Positions 1 to 12,500 of a stretch of DNA of 64,000 nt are shown here, piece after piece. The DNA comes from Marsupella aquatica (taxonomy: Eukaryota; Plantae; Marchantiophyta), in contig OZ316895.1 of assembly GCA_973895155.1 (NCBI GenBank), forward strand, positions 2,591,659 to 2,655,658, given 5' to 3'. Within the stretch, counting starts at the first letter, position 1, and each line of letters opens with the position of its first letter. Position numbers and translations under genes: made by a program. The notes beneath the pieces are model-generated. The model had not been told where the DNA came from and made no database searches. It saw only the letters and a program-made list of their open reading frames with translations.

Positions 1-2392
1 TTTGCCACTATGGCAAATATAGGCAAATCAATTGCCCTCGCTGCTTACCTCGCCACAAGTGTATGTTCTTTGAAACCCGGATGTGGATATTTTGGTACGA
101 ATAGTAGATGATTGACTTTGATGAGACTGCAGAACTCATCTCATGGTTAGAAGCGATTGTAGCGCTAGTCGGCAAGTCACTTTTACTTCAGAAATGCTCA
201 ACTGCGTTCAGTTCGTCGCCATGGACCTCGAGTGTACCAACTTCTTGGAAATTCTAGGCTGTATCAAAATTGCATATTATGGAGAGAATTTGTCACTCTG
301 AGGGACAGAGGGCTGCATACAAAGGTCTCATTCCTGTTATCGCTTTCCTTCACAGTCAGCCATACACAAGAGTTTTGCAGTTGGAGACAATCTTGCAGAT
401 ATTGCTGCCAAAGGACAGGTATTGATTATGAGACACTAACCGCACATAAATTGTCTTTGTTGTCCTCCGTGTAATTGTAGCGAACATGTACGTAATTGAG
501 CTGTACTACTGATTTTGCTGATTGGTATTCAAAGGTCATTTTGTACTGTGTTACGATGAGGTCACCTCCGTTCTTGACCGAGTCGAGGGACTGCTTTTAT
601 TGAATGCAGGTACAGACAGTTGTTGCTGATAACCTCGGCCTCGCTATTGCTGTGGCACTTGATAGCTCCGTGAGATCGAACAAGATGTAAGTTTGAGATC
701 GTAACAAAATTATCGAAAATTGGTTTGGGAAATAGAAGTTTCTGGTTCTCCTTACACCTTCGAATAAAAGAGCTGAGATCTCCGGAAATGTTGTTAGAGC
801 TACGTTTTTGGTTTGTGATATTCTTGACAGGGTTGGGCAGCTATTGCTGCTGGCACTTTTCCCGATCCTAGCGAGTCTGGATTTGTATGCGATTTACAGA
901 GAACTCCAATCTGTCCATCTGCAAACCTTGAACAAGGTTAGCCAACTATTCGAGTGATGCTACTAAGATTCGGATTTCTCAGGTTCGCTCCGGGTAGTCC
1001 GCTGATTAGATTCCAGAAAGGATAAGTATTTTCTTCAGGTTTCTGGTATTTGTAATGGTTCCTGATTTTTTTCAGGTATGAAACTATCTTCAGATATTGG
1101 GAAGTTTTGAAGAGATAATCATTGGTTCCGAATTCCGCTGCAGGCCAGACTGGAGATAATAGTTGATAGATGGCTCCACACAGGGGTAGTACCTACTGCT
1201 GAGAATGTGAGCCAAGTGGAGTGCCGACAATTTGTTCAGATTGCTGGTATTTTTCTTTCACAGTTCGACTTCAAGTTGGTCGCTTTCATTAAGATTGATA
1301 TTAAATCTTTAATGTGGGCATTAGTCTTGGAGGGGGGCTTGAAAGTGGAGAACAAGAAGGCGACCACGGAGATAACTTGCGTCTTGGGTTAACTGTATTC
1401 ACGTTTTGGAGTTGGCTTCAGCTCAGAGAACTCTGCCATTGAGAATTGGGGCCCTCAACCCCAGAGGTTGGACACTTGAAGACATCATGCGAGCATTCCA
1501 ATGTCAGGCTGGGCAGTCGTATGCAATTTTTGAAGAGCTCCGAGGGTTTATCCCTTTTCCTTCTCAGGTAATTGTCTGCCTAAAACTAGATAAATATTTG
1601 TCATCAACGTGGTTATTTTAATCACAAACTACTCAAATATAGTGGTGATATTTACGCACCTTTATAAATTGAGTCAGATTATGATCATGATGATGTGGAT
1701 TCTTCAGCGGGGTTTACTTCTGTGGCTTCATGATGGATTTACATCAAAGGATGTTATCACGGCCCTATTACAGGTAGGTTTGCGAAGCTTTGTTACGAGG
1801 ATAGCGTGTGTTGTTCCTGATTGCTTGGCTGGCAGCAGTAAGTTCTCGAGGATTTGGCTCTTTGGACTTCGTTAAATCAACAGATTGTTTTGAGATCAGA
1901 GCAGATTCTTAAATTAGCAGGTTGTTTTGAGATCATAGCAGACTCGAGATATGGCGGTGCCATTGTATTTTATGAGGGGTCCTTTTCTGCTAGTTTGAGG
2001 CATTTGTGATAAGCTTTCAGGCCTTTACAGCGCTCTTCTTCACTATTAAGATTTTCTGCATGCACCGGTTTTGAAAAGGTTTTCCTTGGCAGGCTGAATT
2101 GATGAGATCAATCTTGTATTCAAATTGCGAGCCGTCCTGGCGTGGGTCTTTCTCGGAGGACAGCAAATACAAAGCACCCATAGATGAGATCTCAGTAAAA
2201 GAAATGAAATCAAAATATGGTCACCTGGACATGAAAAAGTCTTTCAGAGGTTGGGCCTCCTTAGTCGTAGAAAGTAGAGAAAAGGCGGAGGCATTGGTAG
2301 ATGATCTTATTGATGGCATGGAGGCTAATGGGTGGCAGACTCATAATATCCTTTTGGATCCCCAGGAGCGTCAAAGTTACTCAACTATGTAA
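1..2392 (+). CDS. 3' part of an unidentified multi-exon gene, possibly degenerate; 5' end lies outside the window
   Basis: Series of short segments bounded by canonical splice signals (ttcag|..aaag|gtctc ~192-324; gcag|..gat|gtaagt ~610-686; gacag|..aag|gttagc ~830-936; ..ctcag|gtaatt ~1567; ..acag|gtaggt ~1773). Terminal exon ~2092-2392 (..RGWASLVVESREKAEALVDDLIDGMEANGW..STM*). No recognisable domain. Confidence 0.4.
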
Positions 2393-3404
2393 GCTAAGTA
2401 TAACAATTCAGCAAGGGTCAGTCGATGCACATTAAAAAAGAAAAATCATTAACTCACAGCTGATCTGTGAAGATAATTTTTTTTGGGGTTCGCAATGAAA
2501 GGAAGTGTCTATATCTTATGCTCTAAGATGGAGGCGGGTATGATACTTTGTCACCAGTAAAGAGGTAAATAACTTCTGCATGAAGGATTATTACGGCAAC
2601 TACGTCTTGACAACCGGATGTTTGTTGGACAGTCCTTAAAATCCGTAACTTTCTATTATTGTCTTCCCATTGGAACATGAGAGTTCTTTCTTGTGTACCT
2701 TTCATTGGAGATTTTGGGTTGCATTACTGAAGATAAATAGTACCTACGTGGATTGGTACTTGTTGGGAGACGAACCTACAGCCTATTTGTCAATGAAACG
2801 TCTCAAACCCTCTTCATCCAATACGGGTTCAAGAGCGATTTCACAGCACTGTTGTTGGCGCACTTGGGAGAGTTCCCTTTTTGTATCGTCTCCTATGTAT
2901 CTTCGGGGTCACATACTTGAAGAACTTCTTTGTTGATTTTACGACGTGGACTGCGGTGTTTAAGGATACGAATTTACCATAAATCTTTTTGGGAGCTCAG
3001 TAAGTAGTGTTGTAGGGCTTACAGTCAACCATGATAATGAAGTCCAAACGCAAACCACAAAGCAAACGTAGGGATACTAAAACAGGAAGCAAATGACGCT
3101 TCAAAGTGCTGATAAAGAAACTCGATGGTTGAACTAAGCTACAGCTTCGGGACTCTGCAGCGTAGGGGCCCATTGAAGCTTCAAAGGACCGTTGTGTGGA
3201 CGGGTATAACACAGTTCTTGGACACACGTCTCATATCAGAAAGCAGTTACGGAGAAAAGTAGAACACCCAGGTCTCAGTAAACGAAGACAAGACACGAGG
3301 AGTACCAGGAGGAGTACAACTGTGGGAAGGAGTGTGGAACTATTTTATGAAAAAAATCCTAGTGAGCCCAATGGAAGGGGGGGACCACCCAGAAAGGCAG
3401 TCAA

Positions 3405-3700
3405 AATAAAAGAACACCCCAAGAAGGGCAGCAGGGCAAAACACCCCTGGGGACAACAGCCAAATCAATGGCAAGTTAAAATAAAATAACACCTCACAAC
3501 AGGCAGCAGGGATAAACACTCTGGGGACAACAGCCAAATCATTGGCAAGTAATAATAAAAGAACACACCAAAATGGGCAGCAGGGCAAAACACCCTGGGG
3601 ACAATAGCCAAATCAATGGCAAATCAAAATAAAAGGGTACCCCAAAAAGGACAGCAGGGCAAAACATCCTGGGGACACAACAGCCAAATCAATGGCAACA
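3405..3700. repeat. Tandem repeat, ~4 copies of a ~75-bp unit
   Basis: cagcagggcaaaacac(c)ctggggacaacagccaaatcaatggcaa recurs at ~3429, 3504, 3578 and 3652. Confidence 0.85.
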
Positions 3701-5264
3701 AGCCCATACCCGACCGAGAGAAACTTAGAGAAGCAAACTGTTTGTGAAAATGAAAATCGGCAAATTTGTAGGTAACATAGAAGAGCAAAAGTGGGTACTG
3801 AGAAAAAAGTGCATATGTGATGAGAGTCAGAAGCCCTCAGATAGGAGGGGAAGGGATGGGAGGGGAGAATTTTGATGGGATTCATAATGTGTGGAAAACA
3901 AATTGTGCTTATCTGAGAATATGAAAGTGAAATTCATTACCTTAAAAACTACGCTTTGCACATCTCTTTTGCACTTGAAAGACAAGTGGTTATAAGAAAA
4001 CACACACACCCAACCTAACAATTTACAATCAACAAGGTTGTGTGTAGAATTTGTGAAGTCATAGAAAACTGATGTGTAAAATTGTTTCTGAAAGTCGTAC
4101 TTTAGAAAGTTGAGAGTGAAATTGTTTGTCATGCTTGTATGGTAGGTTGTACAGTAAGCATCTGACTTATAAAGTGCAAACCCCAAGATAGAGTTGGGGT
4201 CTAGGTTCCTAGAGTGAAGCCTTTAGACAGTAACTCTATGGCCCACCGTGTGTATGGAAAGACTCCTGGGTATGATGTATGTCAAATGCTGATAATGTAT
4301 GTTTTTTGTCATGGTTTCTATTTATATTCAAAGAATTGGAGGATCACATTGTGGGAAAGTTTATTTTCAAAACATGACACAACATTTATGTGTCGTGGGT
4401 TATGGGTGGATTATTTTCCCATTTGAATGAAAAGAAAAAAACTGTTGTCATCAGATATAGCAGAGTAAAATTTTCTCAACATGCAAAGAGGGGGAGGGGG
4501 GTGCTCACTTTCCCATGCAAAGAGGGGTGGGGGGTTCACTTCTCAACAGAAAAGTTGGTACATAAAATCATGTTTCAGAGCCAACTGGATGACGCCACAA
4601 TTTGACCAGACGACAGCAGTCCGGCCATGAGTTTGTGCTGGAAAACTCATGGAAACATATTGTATGCCATATGGGGCACCCATGGGGGCCAGATCACATT
4701 TACAAACATTTGAAGTATGCATGGGGGCATGCCACATAAGAGGGGTTTGTTGTTTGGGGAGAGGTGAGAGTGGAATCTTAGGGGATTGATAGGGGAAATT
4801 TATGTTCTTATTTTATGTTCTTCTCTGTGAATTTTTTATGGAGTTTTTTTTGTGTGTTTTTTTGTTTTTTTTTGGTTTTTTTTGTTGGGGGGGGGGAGGG
4901 GCGGGGGCTTTTATTTGGCTCCCAACCTTGCCATTGTTACACTTTGTTTCTCCCAAGTGTTTTTCTTTGTCTATCCTTGCCATCTCATTGACTCCTCTCA
5001 CTACATTCCTCTTTCCCCTCTCCAAACTCTTCATTGATGACATCTTCTAAAATCCTTGTTCCTTATGCAATAGCAACCCGACCACACGACTTCCAGCTTG
5101 AATTGCATCATGTGATTACATAATTTTATGACAAATTTGAACAAGATATGTGCAATGACAACACTTTTCATAATGAAATGGACCAGAAAAAATCATGGCC
5201 ATCCATTGAAACCCACCTTTTTGGAACAGTTCAATCCACCAAAACAGTTCAAATCTCCACCCTG

Positions 5265-5925
5265 CATTTCTTTGCCTTGCCTTGACATCTTTGTCTCACC
5301 TAAGGGGCACTTTACAAGAAGTCGGGGCCGTTCGCTTCCTTTTCTACCAAAGCTGAGCCAGCAGCAGTTTCACATGCTAAAAACAGTATACCGGGGCTAA
5401 TAGAGAATTTAGAAGACTTTTATTGCCCCCGACGTCTTGTAAAGGGAACTCTGGCCAGTGTAGCTAGAATCATTGACTAGAAGACAAACTTGGGACCCAC
5501 TCCACCTGAATCTTTGGCTAATGCTGGCTAATCTTTGGCTAATGCTGGTTCCTATGGGTCCGCATTTATTGAAAACTGCCCATAATAGGAATGGACCAAG
5601 CGGCCGGATGAAGGGACCTCCAACGGAGGTGGTCTAAAATTCTGGACAAAAAAGAGCTCCACGTCGGCAAAAGTTGGGCCCCACTGAAGTCCATGTAGGA
5701 TCGGCAGAATCAATGAGCAAAACTGCCCCCGACGTTTTCTAAAGTGTACTCCAGCACTATCTCCCCAATGGATGGCCCGGATTGGATCTTGGATGTCAGA
5801 AAAGTGAAGGAACTGCCCCCGACGTCTTGTAAAGCCACCCGAAACATCTACACTTACCTTGGCATCTTTGCCTTGCCTTGACATCTTAAATTGTCTCACC
5901 CTGACATCTTTGTCTCACCTTGACA
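5265..5925. repeat. Local dispersed direct repeats, possibly a degraded TE remnant
   Basis: tttgccttgccttgacatct..tgtctcacc at ~5271 and ~5867; gcccccgacgtcttgtaaag-like motif at ~5425, 5725 and 5815. Confidence 0.5.
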
Positions 5926-8900
5926 TGATCTATGTGTTGTACAAGCATTGGGCTAAAAATGGAATAATAAATGTCTTGTATCCTATAATTCCTACAATGT
6001 ATACAAATTAGACTATTTTCATAAAGCACTGTCTTGTCTATATTGAATTGAGTTGAATTTGAGATCCGTAATTAAGTTGTCTTCCCAAAATGAAGGGAAA
6101 TGTGTGTGGATAGATATGAAATTTTATTACCACTTTGAGTAAATATTGAAGTGCACCTACATAAATTTATTCTACTTATCATGAAGAAACAATTTTTCTT
6201 GTTGCATTTGGATGCAAGAGAATTAATTTGATCACTGTCCTAACGGAGAGAGAAAATTTGTTATCTAATCCCAAAGGTGCAAAAGGCGGCAAATTTTTCA
6301 AAAGGACCTGTTCATAGACAGTAACCAAAATGTAAAAGTTTCTTTTCATGGCAGTTCACCGTTACATTTAAAGCACACCTGCCCATATAAAGGCCCATTC
6401 CTGCCGGATTATTGCTCATTCCTGTCCCTAGTGAATAGTGTACTCACTTTACAGAGTGGACCCTAAGTTCATTCATAGTGAACCATATATCACAGTGCCA
6501 AAAAGACAGGACCGCCAAACCTGGAAACATGATACCAAAGGCAAAAGAGCCCAATAAAGGAGGGGAAGAGAAACACCCAAAGTAGACCAAAGAGGCCCAA
6601 CAAGTCAAGTAGCATCACACAAAAACAAAAAACTGAAAAACAAGCAACAAACTTCAGGATAAAGGCTACGGATAACTCAGAGCTCTTATACAAGTAGATG
6701 TGTTATAATATCATTGTCATCCAGTTTTGCAGAGCACTGGCACAATCCATGAATTACTTTTATTTTTGGAAAATAACAAGTGCCAAAATAGTATTCCTGT
6801 TTTTCATGTTTTAATTGAAAACAATGTAGACACTGAAAATTCAGTGTTTACACCAGAACACTATGAAATGTTTCCAATGAAATCCAATGGAAGCTCTGAT
6901 GGATCTCCAAGTTTGATAAAAGTGACTAGGATTTATTTTTTCAACCTAGGTGTACTGCAGAAAACTCTCTTCTCTACTGATATCTACAGTAGTCTAGTAC
7001 ATATTATACGGAGTGAAATATGGCAAAATAACCTGATTAATCTTTGAAATCTTTCCAATGAGCCTAACATAATATAATTTGATTGAGAATTGAAGGAGTT
7101 ATTTTGTCATATCTGAGTCTGTATAATATGTATTATCAGAGTAGAGAAGAGAGTTTTCTGCGGTACATCTAGGTTGCAAAAATAAATACTACCTGTAGTA
7201 TTTTGTCAAACTCAAATTCCCAACACCCGGGCTAGTTTTAAAATAACTATTTAATTATTGCACGACACCAAAATGGCACTATTTTGTGTCATAACGTTTA
7301 CCTTTGGTAAAATACGACCCCACCACGTTCATCCTTATCTCCTCCACTTTGCTGTAGGCAGTTATTCCGCTCCGGCACCAGGCGTCAGCCAACGGAGCAA
7401 CCCAGGAATATCCGACGGCCCCGATCATTCTCACGCCCGCGAATATAGCTGCATAAATATAAATTGTTTAGATGGCGAGAAGATCGAACGACTCGGGCGT
7501 CCCCGAACGGCCTGTTCTCAACGGTTCAAGCTAGCGCTGAGGCGCGGGCATATTGAGACCGTCGGATTTGGTATCGGAGGGCTCGGGACGAGTCATTGTA
7601 ATGGGGATGTTGGAGTTTTTAGAATCCTCGAGATTCTGAATCGGACGGTATGAAACGTCGTGCTTGGGCGGCCCGCTCCTTTTCTCCCGGCCCCCGCGCC
7701 TTGTGCAGTAGGTGTGAAGTAGGTGAGGACGATAAAGAATGCCAACAAAGGAGAGCGGAAGAGCGGAAGAATGAAACATTTCCATTGCCGCTTCTGTTGT
7801 TTTCGCTTTCGGTGTTTCTGCTGTGCTGATTGCTCATAGACGAGTGCTGTTCGACACTGATCACACCCTGCTGTCGCTGAGCGTTAAGTTACCGACGGAA
7901 GTGCTTTCTCCAAATCATTGGGACGCTTGTCCACGGTGAATTGTAACGATTTCTACAACCTGTTACGAATCTCCCCGATTGCCGAGAGGTGTAGAACGAC
8001 CAAGATCGATTGAAGGTTGAGGCGAAGGTGAGGATGAAAAACTTTCCGTGACGATTTGCCGCGTTGTTAATTTGTAGATGGTAGGTACGGGATCGTTGAA
8101 ATAGAGTAGTTGTTGTCTTATGGATGTCCTTTCTCGCATCGGGACGTTAGCGGGGGAGAATTGCTGTGAATGTAAAGAGCATTAAGGCGAAGGAGACTGG
8201 TCCTATAACTTTAGGGAAATAATGCTGTTCCGAACGGATAGCTTTCTTGCTAGGTGCGGAGCCGTTTCGTTCTATCCAGCATTGCGCAGGTCGTGGTTAT
8301 TTTCGAACTAACGTGAAGTGTAGGGCAAAGGGCTGATGTATCTGTCGGTTGAACGGTGTGTAGTTTGACTAGGAGCGCAGTGCAGATACGACTCGTGATC
8401 GTTTTCTTTTTAATTCTCGACTAACGTGAGCAAGGTGTGTCTTGCTCTGAACCGGCGATGTGTTTGGGGTGTCTCTCTACCCGTAGTTATTGCCTTCGGT
8501 TAGCCGAGCTCTCGCATTATTCGTCGGCACTTTGGCTTGTTTGATGTGGACCGTTCTGCGTGCTCATTGTTATTGAACACTCCATCCCTGAAATGTCCGT
8601 ACCATTTGAACGCTGCATCCCTACCTGTTCATTGGTAAGAGTTGTGGTGCGTGCTATGTTTCCGTTTAGTATTTAACTAGGTGCTACAACTTCGCGCGGC
8701 AGCTGGTTAGAGAATTTGTTATCGATGAGGGGTAGACGCAAATGACCCTGTTTGAAAGGAAGGTGCTCGAAATTTGTCTTTGATGAGGGGTAAACGCAAA
8801 TGATCCTGTTTAAGAGGAAGGTGTTATGTGTCATTCTCAGACATGAACAATTTCGAGTGTCAACTATCGATGCCAAGTCCAGTCAGACGAGGATGCTTTA

Positions 8901-10312
8901 GTTGCATGACGGCGACGGGGGCCAGCACGTTGGATGGTATCCTTTTGTTTGAATTCTGGATGATGCTGGATGGTAGAACTCACATAACTTGTCATCATGT
9001 TGACAGATGAGGAGCCGCATGTCAAGCCGGAATCACCCGATGCAGCCACTTTCGCCCAAGCACCAGCCGTGGTTCAGGATGCAAGCTCCCGATCGCAAAC
9101 TTGCCAGTGCTAACTTGTCACGTTCACCTACAGAGCAGCGATTGTTTGGGGCGCCCGCACAAACTGTGGAGCAGGAACTAGTCTTACGCGCAAGAATCGA
9201 GCAGCGGTCGGCAGAGAAGCTGGAGAAGTTGCACGAAGCGGTCAGTCATGACCGTTTTGTTAGAGTAAGTGCCACTGAACCGAAATTGGTGGTTCTCATT
9301 TCCACTCCGTTCCTCAGATATGATATCGTGTAGCCTTTTCTCAGCTTAGAAACTACACGGAAAGGGGCTTCCTTTTAATAGACACGATGATTCGTGTTGT
9401 GTCAAGTCCCGAGGTTCTTAACCCACGACTTCTGATATAATTGTGTGCGTACTGGATGCACTCTTCCTCTGTATTTGACGTTTGCATTCGTGAATGTTTC
9501 AGAGGCGACAGCGGCAACGTGTAGTAGGTCACATTGGCGACATTGTTAAGCAGGAGTTGAGCAAAGCTAATGCGTAAAATAAGCACTCAGGGTCGGAAGG
9601 ACAAGCACACGTGACGTAGGCGTACCGATAGGTAACATCGGAGTCGATCTCTGTGATGGAGGCGCTAAGTCTCATCTGTCGACTAACGATAGGGACTAGA
9701 AAGTTCGGGACTTGTAATTGTTGTATATATTTTGTGCAGGGTGTTTTTAATTGTGCATTTCTGTAAAGCATAGAGGTAGTCGAACTAGTTGGTCTCGAGT
9801 TTCTTCAAGAAGGTGCAATTCCTTGAACTTTGTCAAGTTGCGACATTAGTGGGAGGGAAAGTTCCACAGGGAGGATTTTTATAATCTCGATGCATCAGTT
9901 GCTTTTGCGAGAAGATACTTTTCAATGTGATCTTCAATGTGAATTTGAACTATTAGCAAAGGGCCTACTTCTTTTCGCAGAAACTTCTTATCTAGAAGCC
10001 AAGATCTGTTTCCCTGCCCCGTCATGGCCATTTACTTGTGGATCTGCCGACAGAAGCATAACATCTCTGTTGTTCTCTTGCCCATTTGCTTCGTTGACCG
10101 TGGAGATATTCATCGTGATACTTTGCCTCAGATCGCTAGTGAAGTGCAGCTTCACGCAAGGTAGCTCTTCAATTGCGACCTAAGCTTAGTCTTCCTGTAT
10201 TAGCTACTTTCCAGTTACCCTAACTATGAATACCAGAAAGCAAGGCCTGTTGAACAGACATTAGATTGCTGAGTTAGAGGAGAAAGTGATAGTTCTTGTA
10301 GGCAATTGTGTT

Positions 10313-10430
10313 GTCTCACCATTTCAAGAGAATTTTCGATTTCCAATGGGATAGGACTTCAGAATTGCGTGTAGTCTCACCATTTCAAGAGAATTTTCGA
10401 TTTCCAATGCGATAGGACTTCAGAATTGCT
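10313..10430. repeat. Tandem duplication, ~61 bp x2
   Basis: gtctcaccatttcaagagaattttcgatttccaatg(g/c)gataggacttcagaattgc occurs twice. Confidence 0.9.
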
Positions 10431-10906
10431 CGTTTGCCCACTGATGACCACATAGACGTGTCTTATTCGACAAATTTGGTGATGCTTTAGAGTCGCATAG
10501 AAATTGACAGCGGAATAATGGAGTATTGCGTGGTGAGAAAGATCCCCTTGTACAGGAATTGAAACTTGAATTGCCTCCATGGAGTATGCTGCCCAGAGTG
10601 AACCAACCTATGGTAGAGCTTTTGAATTTTCTCAATTCACGTGTACTGCAAGGAATAGTGTATATCACCCTCAAGCTTGTAACGTAACCCCAAAGAAGTT
10701 CATCGAATGTTCGTTTGCTAAAGAAGTTAAAATTTATTGTTGAGAACGAGGGCAGGGGACTCGGAAACACTCGGTATGTAGAAAGTGGAGGGGAAGGTGA
10801 CTTTCACAAGCAAGAGCTACAATGGAATGGTGGGGGTACACCATGTCGCTTGCAAATCGATTGGCCCCTGCCTGTATCAAAAACTACCCATGCAGCTATA
10901 GTCACG

Positions 10907-11090
10907 CATTGTTATCATTTTATTGAAAACCTGCAGGACCTGCAAAATAATGGAGGGGCTAGGAAGTCCTACGAAAAATCAACTGCAGTTCCGAGGTGCA
11001 ATTGTCATTGTTATCATTTTATTGAAAACGTGCAGGAAATGCAAATAGTGGAGGGGTTAGGAAGTCCTATGAAAAATCAATTGCAGTTTT
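10907..11090. repeat. Tandem duplication, ~99 bp x2
   Basis: cattgttatcattttattgaaaac(c/g)tgcagga..gcaaa..tggagggg..aggaagtccta..gaaaaatcaa occurs twice. Confidence 0.85.
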
Positions 11091-12319
11091 CACTCCATGT
11101 CTTACAATGACCATGCCCAATAGTCGGAGGCTTCCTTGCAGGTTGATTAACCTTCTTCTGACCGCCAGACAGACAGTTTATGAAAGTGACTTTTGAAAGA
11201 TTCCTTCCCAGTCTTCAGTTTCCTTGAATACTCCAATTAGAGGACCCTCCTCTCTAAGTGGGACCTTTCTCCTTGTTTGGACAATTCCTTGAATACTCCA
11301 ATGTAAAGAGCACCCTCCTCTAAGAGAAGGCCTTTCATCTTGTTTGGACAATTCTTTCCTACATTGAACTGCATATATTCTGCCAAAATTTGGCAGTGGT
11401 TTATTCTGTAGGTTCACACTGCTTGATCTGGACTGTGCCTTGGGATGCGCGGGAACCCTTTAGTGGCTGGAACTCTGTAGAATCGCCATGAAAAACTTGA
11501 TTTTCTTTCGAGAAGAAGCAACAGTCAAATATCGTTCTAGAGAGTGGGGGAAGAATTCACTTTTGCACTTTTGCGTCTCTATACCTTCACCATATTTCCT
11601 TCCAAAGTTGCTTGAAATGGATTGCATAGTTAACAGTGGTGGACTACTTTGATAACCCTGGGTGTTCATCAAACTCTTGCAATGAGCTATGTTGCATGAG
11701 CCACAAAATGAGCTGTGGACGTGTTGAACACATGTTTGACGTATTTCCACCTGCAACAATCCGACAATCTAATTGTGACCAGTGCAAAGTGCTGGTAATT
11801 GATAATTGAGTTAGTCAATCTACAGGTGAGTGGGTGGCGAGCCCACAATAATCGTAGTCAGGCCGTGGAAGCCGTGGAATATGTACAGATCTCCCTGTAG
11901 TTATACGTCCTATGAGAAGTGAACAAACTTAGTTTCTAGTTTATTGCCCATAAGGCATTTTCTCTACCCGATGATTTTTTGTCGGAATGCTAAGTTCGCA
12001 GCTCGATTACGATCCGCATAAGAGACCAAGAAGAAAAGGGATGACGGTTTGAGGTTCTACACGTTCCTTCCCCCCAAAAGTATCTCTTTGCCAGACAGTA
12101 TCTCTCTACTGTGTCTTGGACCTGGATTCTAAATTCCTTTACGAGGGATCCATAAAGGTTTGCTTGCTGGACTTATACTCTCTACCTTGCCAAGTGGAAT
12201 TCTCAGGTGTATGGCTAGAGCTGTTTGAAATAGTGGGGTGTTGTCAGAGGTCATTGGAGCTGTTCCTCCCATGTCCTCCCATGATTTAGCAGTATTGTCA
12301 TGTTAGTAATGACATCCAT

Positions 12320-12500
12320 GTTGGTAATCCCTTGATCTCACAACTATCTTTCACTTTTTGGCATCCATCTGCAAAGAGTGAAGTTGGTGATCCCTTGATC
12401 TCAACTATCTTTGATTCACTTTTGGGCATCCATTAGCAATAAGTGAAGTTGGTGATCCCTCGATCTCACAACTATCTTTGATTCATGTTTTTGCATCCAT
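12320..12500. repeat. Tandem repeat, ~63 bp x3
   Basis: gttggt(g/a)atccct(t/c)gatctca(ca)actatcttt..gcatcca occurs three times. Confidence 0.85.
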
